DNA of 64,000 nucleotides from Yuukianura sp. NJ FZ-2021 (Eukaryota): NCBI GenBank assembly GCA_046563655.1, contig CM102284.1, positions 1,736,001 to 1,800,000 of the forward strand, read 5' to 3'. Shown piece by piece: positions 49,522 to 64,000 of this stretch (position 1 is its first letter; each line of letters starts with the position of its first letter). The notes under the pieces were generated by a model. It saw only the letters and a program-made list of their open reading frames with translations, ran no database searches and was not told where the DNA came from. The position numbers and the translations under genes were made by a program.

Positions 49522-50946
49522 CGAGTGTAGTATCAAGTTATACTTATCGCTTATTAGAATATTATCTTTTCAATTCTGAACCAGAACACAGCAAAGTCTA
49601 CGGTAAAAGCATAAAATATAAAGAAAACAGGCAATTAGCAAGCTGTTAACAAATGCAGTTAGTAAAAAAACTGTTAATAAGCAATTAACCAAAGCTTACA
49701 GTGGAAAACCACAAGAGTATTTGATATGATATGACCAAGTCAATTAGTATTAGTGTCTTTGAAACGCATGAAGCGATAGTAAAAATACGCATTGTTTCCA
49801 ATCCGAAAAATGAACAAATCGAAAAAGTTTAGAAAGAAATTAGGGACGGGAAGTAATTTATATTTATATTGAGTTGAAGAAACTTGAATAATTTATATTT
49901 CGCAATATTAAAATATTTCCTCGTTACAATTTTTTATTTCAGCGTTATCATTGTCAGAATAATACAAACTTAAAAGCCTTCAAAAAGGTAACAACGCGGC
50001 GCTTCTGAATTCGATTTGTTGATATTATAAGTACAAGGCAATGATAGGTTTATAAAGTTTTACTTTATAAACCTATCAAGTCAAGCACTCGAGTCAAGGC
50101 AAAACTGAGTATGCTAATTAAAATGCCGACTAACGTATGATATGCTGAAGCTGGATTCACAACGGTCAATGATTGGCGGGGAGGAAGGTAGGCATTTAAA
50201 CGTGTAATTACAGGAGTAAATATAAATTTCTTTAAGAGTAGATCAAAGCTCTTTCTGAGCTAAATTGAATGCAATGTTAGCGTAGAATTTGTTTAAACTT
50301 TTACTACAAAACATAAAAACGTGTTTTCGGAATTCAATGTATTGATATGTATTGATTAATATTATGAGTACAAGTCGAAGATAGTTACTATGATTCAAAA
50401 TGGCAACCTATTTTACTGTACAACATTAGTAAAAGTCCGTGAAGAATATCTCCTTTTGGGAAAATGTTTCTGAGTTTATGAAAACGCTTTGTGTTTTCTG
50501 TAATTAAAGCACAGATTGATATACCTTTCAACTTTAGTTCAGCCTATGTTACTTTAATTCACATCGATAGTTATTTTACATTCACGCTGACACGCCTCCT
50601 TCCGTTAGCTTTAATTTATGTTTGGGGTAGTGGATTTCATATTTTAACACAAATCCTAAATACTCATAGATGTGTACTTTTCAAGAAATTTTCAATGCAA
50701 TCGATGTTTCTTTGATATTTGCCAGTACACCGATGCTTTATTTCACGTGTAACACTGTTCCTTCAGTTTACTTTAATTATATACTTGGAGTAATGGATTT
50801 TATATTTTAACACAAATCCTACATTCGCTAGGATGCTTAACTTTTCCAGAATGTAAATTTTGTAACTTTGTTGGCTGCAGCCTAAAATCATAATTTTGCT
50901 TTGGAGTGATCTAATCGCAAGTCCCACGTAGTCAAAGTAGTTTTAC

Positions 50947-50984
50947 TATAAATATGCATCTTTCGCTGAGACTGTCGCTCAGTT
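50947..50984 (+). promoter_or_regulatory. TATA + Inr core promoter of GR-like copy 1 (equivalents at 52949-52982 and 55209-55246)
   Basis: TATAAA at 50947 and arthropod Inr TCAGTT at 50979, about 30 nt apart. A similar arrangement precedes the other two copies. Confidence 0.65.
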
Positions 50985-51012
50985 CTAAAATTCAATGTAG
51001 CAAAAAAAAATT

Positions 51013-52225
51013 ATGATTTCTCTCACTGAATTTAGAATTTACTCCACTGCACTTTCAATTATATCAAAATCAAAATTTCTTCAATTTGAATTTCAAAATG
51101 GAATTCTTCTACAACGGAAATCTATTCCGAAAAAGTTCTTTTCAGCAATTTTGCAATTTCTGAACATTTTCTTTTTCATTTTCTACTTGGTTGAGGCTAA
51201 AAATAATTTCGGAAATGGAAACGCAGCGCTCGGAATTTTGGATTCCTTGTATGTCTTGCTTTACTTAACTGCAATAGCTCTTAAGTCCAATATTCAACGC
51301 GAATTGGATCAATTGCTTCAATTTGGAAACAGTTTGATTCTTTGCAACAAAGTTCTTGGAAACAAATTTTTCAAACAAGAATTTGGTCCGAAAAAATTTT
51401 GGACGGAAATAATATATTTTGCATTATTATTTTTTCTTGCCGCTTCAGTTGGCAGTGCTGGTTTTCAAATGATTTGGTTTAAATTTGGAAAATTTGGATC
51501 ACCTGTTCTCGCTTTTTCCTTTTTTATTTCCACAGTTTTGATATGTGTATCACTAATGCTGGATCTAAATTTCCATTTTGTCATGTTCACGCCTTCAATT
51601 ACAACAATTGCTTTTTGGCTCAAAAAATCGTGGTAAGTAAAACATTTCATTCACACACGGTCTCTGCCATCTGAAAAGTCCGTATTCAACTTTTCAAGTT
51701 CTTTTTCAAAATTCTAAACTTCTAACAAAATGTTGAATTTCTTTCCACAGTGCGGAGTGGTCTGTACTGGACAACAGCGAAACCACAGAATTTCAGGAGC
51801 GTATCAAGTTGTACCGAAAAGTGACAATTTTAAATGAAATGCATAACGCTGCATTTGGGCCTGTTTTGGTTCCCATGATGAAACTTGCAACAATTTTGTC
51901 TCTGTACATTGTCGTATTTGCCGTCGTTTGCCTCAGGGCCAGACTAGATCCGTTTCTATTTTCATTGTTTTTTGTATACTTGATTCTTCTGGCACTGCTC
52001 TCTGTACCTGGGGCACTCGCCATGTCACTTGTTTTCAACGTTTCAAAACAGTTCCACCAGAATATGAAAAGCAAAGGTAACGTGGAACTTCAGCTTGAGC
52101 TAAGGTCAATTCCTGTCATCAAATCCAAAATTGGAGGATTCTATTATATGGAAAGCGAAGCCAAGTTGACACTTCTGGACAACTTAGCTCGTGGAATTGC
52201 ATTTATGCTAGTCACATTCAACTAG
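51013..52225 (+). CDS. 7TM gustatory-receptor-like protein, tandem copy 1 (exons 51013-51632, 51751-52225)
   Basis: Multi-TM exon 1; phase-2 intron joins in frame (KSC-AEWSVLD...RIKLYRKVTILNEMHN); C-terminus LRSIPVIKSKIGGFYYMESEAKLTLLDNLARGIAFMLVTFN is GR TM7-like. Confidence 0.8.
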
Positions 52226-53018
52226 ATTTCCTTGTTAGTAATTAATTACTAATTCAAAGTTATTGGAAATGTAGAAAATTTTGTAGATAATTGTCGCTGA
52301 CTCACCGGCCCAACATACGGACAGACGGTGTCATTGTAATGAAGTAGCTCTTTCAATTTAGTTAAGAATGTAGTAAGAATTTGGTTGAATAAGTTACACT
52401 TAACTGCTAAATGACATTGCTCGTGGGATTTCATTTATGCTACTTTACATTTAAGTAGTTCGAAGCGAATTTCAAACTGGTGTGTCTTTTATTTTTTAGT
52501 CGAAATTTTGGAAAACAAACCTGGATTCATTTTTTTCGGTTCGTTTTGAGTTTGCTTTTCATTTTTTCTAAAAAATGTAATTTTGAATTCGATTTATTGA
52601 TATTATAAGTACAAGTCGATGATAGGTTATTAAGTTATAATTATTCAGAGATGTCAGCTATAATTACAACTACATTTAAGCAAGAATCTAAGAAAAATTA
52701 ACTTTTCCGTAAAATTACAAAGCATCTTTTCAAGATTTTTTTTTTAGTACAGGCGGTATTAATTTATTTCTCCGTAAATTTTTCTCCATAAACGCCTCTT
52801 TCGGTGTACTTTAATTTTAGTAATGGGTTTCATTTGTTAGCGCAAACCCAACATTACGCTTTTGCGCTAAAATTTTTGAAATAATGATTTTGATGTTTTA
52901 AATGTATATTACACTTGTTCCACTTTGACATATTTAGTCACAACTTTGTATAAATTTGTTGACTCAATGGCGCAGTACAGTTCAAAAACCAATTTAAGCG
53001 AAAAAAAAATCTGGAGCC

Positions 53019-54266
53019 ATGATGTCCATTGCTGAATTCAAAATTTACTCAACAGCGCTCACGATTTTATCAAAACCACAATTTATTCAATTCAAATTTC
53101 AAAATGGAATTTTGCTAAAACGGAATTCCATTTGGAACAATTTATTTTCAGGAAGTTTGCAACTTCTGAACATTTTGTTTTGCATTTTCTATTTTGCTGA
53201 AGCTAAAACAAAATTTGTAAATGGAAACGCCGCGCTCGGAATTTTGGATTCCCTTTATGTTTTGATTTACTTGACTGAAATAGGGCTTAAGTTCAATATT
53301 CTACAAAAAAAGGACCAATTACTTCAATTTGGAAACAGTTTGATTCTCCTCAACAATATTCTTGGAAACAGATTTTTCAAAAACGATTTTGGTCCGAACA
53401 AATTGTGGAATTCAGTATTATATTTTTCAATTATATTTTTCCTTCCATTCGGTACTATCAGTGTTTGTTCGCAAATGATTTGGTTTAAGTTTGGAAAATT
53501 TGAGTCTGAGGTTATCAATTTTTGCTTTCTGATTGGGACAGTTTTGACCGGCGTAACTGCAATATGTGATTTCAATTTTCATTTAGTTTTTTTTATTCCT
53601 TCAATTGCAACTATTGTCTTTTGGCTTAAAAAGTCATGGTGAGCAAAATTTTAGTAACCTGCTATTCCTAATTTTGTCCAAACTCAAATTACTTCAAAGT
53701 CAATATTTTAACTCTTGAACTTTAACAAATCTATTTATTAGAATTGTATTCTGCACTAAAATTTTGGATTTTTTTTTACCTACAGTGTAGATTGGCATGC
53801 AGAGGCAACTAGAGACACCACAGAATTCCAGATCGAGCGTATCAAGTTGTACCGAGAAGTGACCATTTTGAATGAAATGCATAACGCCCTATTTGGAACA
53901 GTTTTCGTTCCAGTGCTGAAACTTGGAGTACTTTTGTCTTTGTACATTATCATATACGCCGTAGTTTGCCTCAGGGCCAAGCTAGATCCATTCATGTTCT
54001 CATTGTTTTTTGTTTATTTGATAATCATTGTGCTTCTTTTTGTCCCTGGAGCACAAGCTATGTCGCTTGTTTTCAACATCTCAAAACAATTTCATCCAAA
54101 TATGAGACGCAGAAATTTGGCGAAAAAACTTGAAGTTGACCTAAGGTCAATTCCAGTTATCAAATCCAAGATTGGAGGATTCTACTACATGGAGAGTGAA
54201 GCCAAGTTGACGCTTCTGGACAACATAACGCAAGGAATCGCATTTATGCTGGTTACATTTAATTAG
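53019..54266 (+). CDS. 7TM gustatory-receptor-like protein, tandem copy 2 (2 exons)
   Basis: Paralog of copy 1 with the same phase-2 intron, in-frame splice and near-identical C-terminus. Confidence 0.8.
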
Positions 54267-54379
54267 ACTAGTTTGTAATTGATGAATTATCAATTAATAT
54301 ATTAATTAATATAAAAATATAATAATTAATCGGTGACCGGAAAAGTGGTTTGTTGTGGAGCCAGCGCTAAGCGTTCAGC

Positions 54380-54550
54380 CAAGTGGTCGGGAAGTGTTAG
54401 GTGGTTGAGCAAGTGTTAGGTGGTCGAGCAAGGGGTAGGTGGTCTTAGTCTGGGAATTGGTAGGTGGTCGGACAAGTGGTAAGTGGTAGATGATGATAAA
54501 AGTTTGAGTGTTTGAGCAGTGGCAGGTTGTTGTTCAAGTTGTAGGTGGTG
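54380..54550. repeat. Degenerate ~20-bp tandem repeat (caagtgttaggtggtcgag), probably part of a dispersed repeat
   Basis: Several units visible; a related unit (caagtggtaggtggtcggga) occurs at about 10430-10450 in an ABCA paralog 1 intron. Confidence 0.6.
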
Positions 54551-55287
54551 TCTAGCGGAATATTCCGTTCATTTGAAGTAGAACTTAATAATTCTTCTCT
54601 TTGCACAAATAAAATGAGAAATAAAAACGAAAACAAAATAATTAAGTTATACCCTTATACTTATTCAAAAGTGTAAGCTGCAATTAAGTATCATTTCGAA
54701 AAAATTCTTAAATGCAGGCTTTAATTTACTACTCCATAAATTTTCAAAACTTTTTCTGAGCTAAATTGAACTAAATTTTAGCCTTAAATTTGTTTAAACT
54801 TTCACTACGTTTTCGAAATTCAATGTATTGATCGATATTATGTGTACAAGTCGATCATAGCTAACTATGATTCAGAATGGTAAGCTGTAATTACCTATTT
54901 CACTTTACGGCAAAAGTAAAAGTGCATAAAGGGTATTTACTTAAGAAAATGTTTTTGAATTTATGAAAACGCTATTTTTTTCAGTAATTAAAGCATAGAT
55001 GTATATACTTTTCAAGAAATTTTTAATGCAATCGATGTTTCTTTAGTATTTTTCGGTACGCCGATCGTTAATGTTTCACGGTTAACATAGTTCCTCCGGT
55101 TTACTTTAATTACATACTTGGAGTAATGGATTTCATATTTTAACACATCTAAAATTGGATTTTTCTGCTTGGAGTGATCAAATCGTAAGTGCCACTTACA
55201 GGTTTTACTATAAATTTGCTAGCTTCAATGAATCTGTCGCTCATTTCACAGAATTCACAGAGTTTAGAAAAAAAAATTAAATAAACC

Positions 55288-56479
55288 ATGATTTCTTTCA
55301 CGGAATTTAAAATTTACTCAAATGTGCTTGCAATTATATCAAAATCAAAATTTCTTCCATTTGAATTTCAAAATGGAATTCTGCTACAACGGAAATCTGT
55401 TTGGAACAAGTTTCTTTCAGCAAACTTACAACTTCTGAACGTTTTGTTGTGCATTTTCTACTTGGTTCAAGCTAAAAATAATTTCGAAAACAGAAACGCA
55501 GCTATGGGACTTCTGGATTATTTTTATGCTCTAATTTACTTCTGTGAAACAACGTTTAAGTTCAATATTCAACACAAATTGGATCAAATGCTTCAATTTG
55601 GAAACAGTTTAATTCTCTTCAACAAAGTTCTTGGGGTTAAATTTTTAAAACAAGAATTTGGTCCCAGAAAATTTTGGAGTGAAATAATATATTTTGCAGT
55701 ATTATTTTTCACTGTCGCTTCACTTAGCAGTGCCGGTTTTCAAATGATTTGGTTTAAATCTGGAGGATTTGGATCTGGCGTTTTCGATTTTTTCTTCATT
55801 ATTTGCACAGTTTTGACTGTCATTTCAATGATACTGGATATGAATTTTCATGTTGTCATCCTTACCCCTTCAATTACAACTATTCTGTTTTGGCTCAAAA
55901 AATCATGGTAAAAAAATCATTTCCTAAAGATTTCACCATTATTTCAAAAGTCCATGCTCAGGTTTTAACTAAATCAAAATTTTACTGATCTGAACTTTTA
56001 GTGCGGAGTGGTCTACGCCGGATAAGGACGAAACCATAGAATTTCAGAGCGATCGTATCAAGTTGTACCGTAAGGTGACCATTTTGAATGAAATGCACAA
56101 CGCCCTATTTGGAACAGTTTTCGTTCCAGTGCTGAAACTTGGAGTAGTTTTGTCTTTGTACATTGTCGTATTTGCCGTTGTTTGCCTCAGGTCTAGACTA
56201 GATCCGTTTCTATTTTCATTGTTTTTTGTTTATTTGATTATCCTGGTACTGCTCTTTGTACCTGGAGCACTTGCAATGTCGCTGGTTTTCAACATTTCAA
56301 AACTGTTTCATCAGAATATGCAACGCAAAGGTCATTTGGAACTTAAAGTTGACCTGAGGTCAATTCCAATTATCAAATCCAAAATTGGAGGATTCTATTA
56401 CATGGAGAGCGAAGCCAAGTTGACGCTTCTTGACAACGTAGCGCGTGGAATCGCATTTATGCTGGTTACATTTAATTAA
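55288..56479 (+). CDS. 7TM gustatory-receptor-like protein, tandem copy 3 (2 exons)
   Basis: Paralog of copies 1 and 2; in-frame splice KSC-AEWSTPDKDETIEFQSDRIKLYRK. Confidence 0.8.
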
Positions 56480-56928
56480 GATTATTTAGATTGATGATTA
56501 TTTAGATTAATTAGAGCGATGAATTATGCATTAATAGACTTATCAAGATATATGCATAATATTAGCTGTAGTAATAGTGTAGTATATGATATAATGAATA
56601 TATATATTCAATATGTATCAAACACCATAACAAATAAATTTTCACAGTAAAATGAAAGTTATTCAGCTATGCCTGAAATGTTGGTTTACATAAAAATTTG
56701 GGAAGTTTTGTCAGAATTTCACTTTTCCAAACCAGTTTTGTGTTGTCAGTTAAAGAAATAGAGTTTCAGACTAAATCGAAATTACTTTTACTTTTCAGTT
56801 ATGTGACTGACTCAATTGCATAAAAGTGTTTCTTTGTTGTTACTAAAAAATATTTCAAAATACATGTAGTACATTGTTGAATCTTTAAAAAAAAATATTA
56901 TTTCTATTTTGTTAAAATTTTTATCACA

Positions 56929-57326
56929 ATGCAATCCAGTTTAAAGAAACTTTTCGTTGTGACTGTAGTTTGCTCACTCTTCAGTTTTGCCATGGGTAAA
57001 TTTTTTCATAAAGGAGACGACGATGACGATGATGAACCAGTAAAGTCAATTCATTCTCATATTTCAAAATTTTAAAAGTCAAATAACTAACAAAACTACA
57101 ACTATTTCAAAATTTTTTGTTTCTTTAGTGTCGCCCTCGAGGCGCGAAGTGTGACGATGATGACGACTGTTGTGGCAACATTCCCTGCTCATTTCTAGGT
57201 TGGGCCGACGCAATTGAAAAGTTGTGTCTGCATGTACCAGACTGGACAAAAGGCTTCATTCTGTCCAAAGGCAAAGGAAAATATGGAGAAGCACTGCGCA
57301 GAAGCACTGGAAAGCGAATGGCATAA
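56929..57326 (+). CDS. Secreted inhibitor-cystine-knot (knottin) precursor B, 102 aa, 2 exons (56929-57039, 57129-57326)
   Basis: MQSSLKKLFVVTVVCSLFSFAMG-KFFHKGDDDDDDEP | CRPRGAKCDDDDDCCGNIPCSFLGWADAIEKLCLHVPDWTKGFILSKGKGKYGEALRRSTGKRMA*. Signal peptide, acidic spacer, C-X6-C-X5-CC-X4-C-X12-C, basic tail ending GKR. Phase-0 GT-AG intron 57040-57128. Confidence 0.85.
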
Positions 57327-57684
57327 CCACTTTGAACAGCAAATTTGTGAATTACTACATTTTTCTAAATCCCACTTGAAAAAGTTGCTTTCATTGTTTT
57401 TTTTTCTAAATTTTGTCTCACTTTTGTTGCGGTTAAACACAAATGTAAAAACATTTTTTGTGAAAAAGACAGTTTTTTTTGTTATGTAAACGCAGTGAAT
57501 GAGCCGCGGCAAAACATCTTAGTCAGTAATTTGTCGATGGGGTTATAAAAATCATTATTCTCAAAACTTTTGAAAATAAAGTTTTTCAAAAACTGAAATA
57601 ATTACGTCAATACTTCTTAAGTTCATGTAGTCCTAGTGTTGTTTCAAAAAAAAACTAGACTGAAGTGTAAGTTGTGCGTAGAAG

Positions 57685-58463
57685 TTAGGCCAACGCTGTT
57701 GGAATTTGAGAGAAATCTGCAGAATCAGCGTCAAAGTTAAGGTTATCCGTAGGATCTTCGTCATGTTTCGGTGGAAACAGAAAGTAGTTGAGCTTTCTTA
57801 GGTAAACCATCTCAGAAATCTCCGGAGTTTCACTCGGAAGTTGGTCAATTTGCCGCTTCATTCTCATTCCTCCAGCAGACAGGATCCTCCTGCCACCCAT
57901 TTGTCCAGCCAACAGTCCTGGAACTGCTGGAGCAAGACTGTTGTAGTTCGTCACCATCGCATTGATACTGTCACTGCAAACCAAATGAACAATTAAACAT
58001 AAATACTTTGAAGCATTTGTAGAAAAAGTGATTCAACTTACCCCAAATCGAGATAAAAAGCTTCGTAGATGTTGCCACCTCGACGCATGTTCTTTCCATG
58101 TTTGAATCTGCGCAGCACAACGTAATGTCCATCTCCCATTGGGTAATTCCGGTCAGGGAAAACAATAAAACGTCGCCCAATGTCGATTTCTCTTCTCCGG
58201 AATACTGGAGGGCCTCTTTGATCAGTCCACGAAAAGTACTGTGTACCCCCACCACCACCGCCCACTCGCTGCAGCATTTTGTTGGACATGTCAACTAACT
58301 CTCCGTCCAGCACGGCATATCCTGGTGGCAGGTAGCCACCACCAACCCCGCCACCGGTAGGACCGAAAGCCCCACCACCAGCACCTCCACCGTAACCACG
58401 ACCAATTGGAACGGCAGAAGACACAGCCAGGAACAAAAGCAGAAGAGAGAGCACTGGATCCAT
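57685..58463 (-). CDS. Secreted glycine-rich protein / possible peptide precursor (2 coding exons)
   Basis: Signal peptide MDPVLSLLLLFLAVSSA; Gly-rich GYGGGAGGG...GYLPP; phase-2 intron joins DLG-DSINAMV in frame; many basic sites (RRR, GRR, RR, RMKR). Confidence 0.8.
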
Positions 58464-58662
58464 GCTGTTCTGCTGAAATACTTGGAAACAATGAAACAAA
58501 CAGAAACACAAAGTAGGTCAATTCAATTTAAATTTGTTTACTCATTGTTCAGTAACTTTAAAAATAAACTTTCTCTGCTTTCTTCAAAACTGAACTCTTT
58601 GTCACTTTTACTTAAATGAATAAAAAAGAGTTGAGGTCAAAGTTCAATCTGGACATGGAAGT

Positions 58663-62181
<3,519 letters not shown>

Positions 62182-62980
62182 TTTATACCAAACAATAACT
62201 ATACAATTATTTTTATAAATCGCTTGCTCAACCGTCCAGTTTCTCACATGTCCAGTAGAGCAATGCAACCTCAAAAGATTTCACACAATGGCCATATGAA
62301 TGGCCAGAAGATAACGCCCCAAGGTCAACCAGTTTAAATTTAAGCTTTTCCATCACATAATCAACACACTATTTGCTCATATGGCGTGGTTAATGTATTC
62401 CTAGCATACTCAATCCCATAATTCCCCAAAACAAGTCCATAGCAAATATGTCAAGTTGTTTACAAGGGACTTTCTGAAGAAACAGATCTGTTTCAGATAT
62501 CTGCATCTTCGACAAAGGGCATTCGAAATTGCACCGAATTTAGAAGCATCACAAGAAACACTTTCTTCTTTTTTTTCGGTTTTTACAGTTCTTCAACATT
62601 TAAGTTGAAAAATTCGAGTTACTTCATTATGGCCTCTGGAATCGTATGTCTATCTGCAATGGATTCAAATTTTCAAAATCAAAACTTGTTTTTTATTAAA
62701 CTTGTAAGAAAAAGTGTAAAAACTTCAGAAAATAGAAAGCGGTTATTACCACTTTAGTTTTTTTTTGTCCAACTATAGGAGTGGCACTGGAAAGAAACCT
62801 TGACTGTCGTGTTGAATACATGTCAGCTCCATAGTGATTGGAGCATTTCCAAGAAATGGGAATTTTTTAAGCACTTGTACTATTTTTGAAATAATTTTAA
62901 AAAGTTCGGTTGTAGTTTTAAACATCTTCTACAATATATTTATTAGGGTATAACGTTTTTAAATATTGTTTTGTTTTAAA

Positions 62981-63922
62981 TCAATTCAAATGCGAATGGT
63001 CGTCGAACATGAAAAGTTGCACTCTCCGTTTTCCAGTTGCGTCAAGTTTTCGGCTGATCCGTACCTTTGTGACGCAAGTATTTTTAAGGTGCGTTGAATG
63101 CACAACTTTACTTGCGTTTTCAAGACTTCCTTCTTTGTCTACTGCGAAGTTTTCTGATCGGTGGAGCAAATAGTCCAAAGTACTTAAAATCCAAATACCA
63201 TGTGACACCACAAGGACATTACTGACGGAATGATTTGAGCATGCGTGTGAGTAAACTTCCTGAAACAAAAAATTTTATCTAATTTTGTCCAAAAAATTTG
63301 TCCAAAAACAATTTTTTTTGGCTCACTTCAAAAAACTCGGCAACGCGATTTTTTAAATCTTCGTACGTCTCTCCACCAGGCGGATTAAAATGAATAGCGG
63401 GCTTTCTTTCTTTGAAGCTCCACATAATGGCTGCTTTAAGCCAATCAGAAACAAGAGTTCCTGGTTGCAACGTTCCCATGTCCTGATAAAAATTTTAAAT
63501 TTTTTGAAATTCCCGGGGCATTAAATTTCCAAAATATCATTAATTTTGAATTCAAATTTACCCGCTCACGAATCCTGGCATCAATTTTGAGTTCTGGTAC
63601 GTCAGTTTCTAAATGGGACAAAATCGTATTCGCAGTTTCCTCCGCTCGTTTCAAGTGGCTTGTATACGCGGCATGGAAAACTTCAGATTTTAAACGCCTC
63701 CCAACCTCAACGGCCTGTTAGATTCGAAGTCAAAATAATTTCAACATTTCGAAATTGAAATTTCAAATTCTGAACTTAGACTAGCAGTACGTAACGTGTA
63801 TTTAATTATAAACTGTAAATTAAAATACACTAGTTACCTGTTTTGCTCCAGTAGAATTGAGCGGCAGATCTGCTTCGGTGTCACTTTTGATGACTGGACT
63901 TAAGTTGTAATCAGTTTCGCCG
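62981..63922 (-). CDS. TIGAR: Histidine phosphatase (phosphoglycerate mutase family), TIGAR-like fructose-2,6-bisphosphatase; first exon lies beyond the window end
   Basis: (H)GETDYNL...DLPLNSTGAKQA...AYTSHLKRAEETA...DARIRERDMG...PPGGETYEDLKNRV...VLVVSHG...LKNTCVT...DDHSHLN*. Confidence 0.8.
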
Positions 63923-64000
63923 CTAAGACGCAAAAATTAACAACAAAAAATTGTACATTTCGAATTTTGAACAATTTAGTCAAACATTCGTTGTTGGGTT

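Noticed and set aside
50043-50077. Perfect small hairpin gataggtttataaag...ctttataaacctatc
   Set aside because: Short and AT-rich; likely a local template-switch event with no evidence of function.
57125-57512. ORF-track entries overlapping knottin B (57125-57307, 57195-57512, 57214-57489)
   Set aside because: These are alternative-frame or antisense shadows; the spliced ICK frame has the signal peptide and Cys pattern.

Overview
Intron-rich, AT-rich eukaryotic DNA with short introns. It looks like an arthropod; the gustatory-receptor-like family suggests a springtail such as Folsomia (inference only). Left to right: (1) 3' part of a ZAD/C2H2 zinc-finger gene. (2) Four full-length tandem ABCA transporter paralogs (3.5-40 kb) with MITEs in their introns, a variable Thr/Val repeat in the second extracellular domain, mosaic similarity suggesting gene conversion, and a (TG)TGCGCAGTT satellite upstream of the fourth copy. 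(3) A convergent 10-exon gene of unknown function, with relics of its 3' end between the ABCA copies. (4) One divergent and three tandem 7TM gustatory-receptor-like genes, plus a small 2-TM gene. (5) Two intron-split secreted cystine-knot (knottin) peptide genes that the ORF track misses, one on each side of the receptor trio. (6) A Gly-rich secreted precursor with many dibasic sites, a carboxylesterase, and most of a TIGAR-like histidine phosphatase. The best candidates for undescribed biology are the two knottin genes (49088-49426 minus; 56929-57326 plus) and their neighbourhood. All gene models were spliced by eye and no database searches were run.
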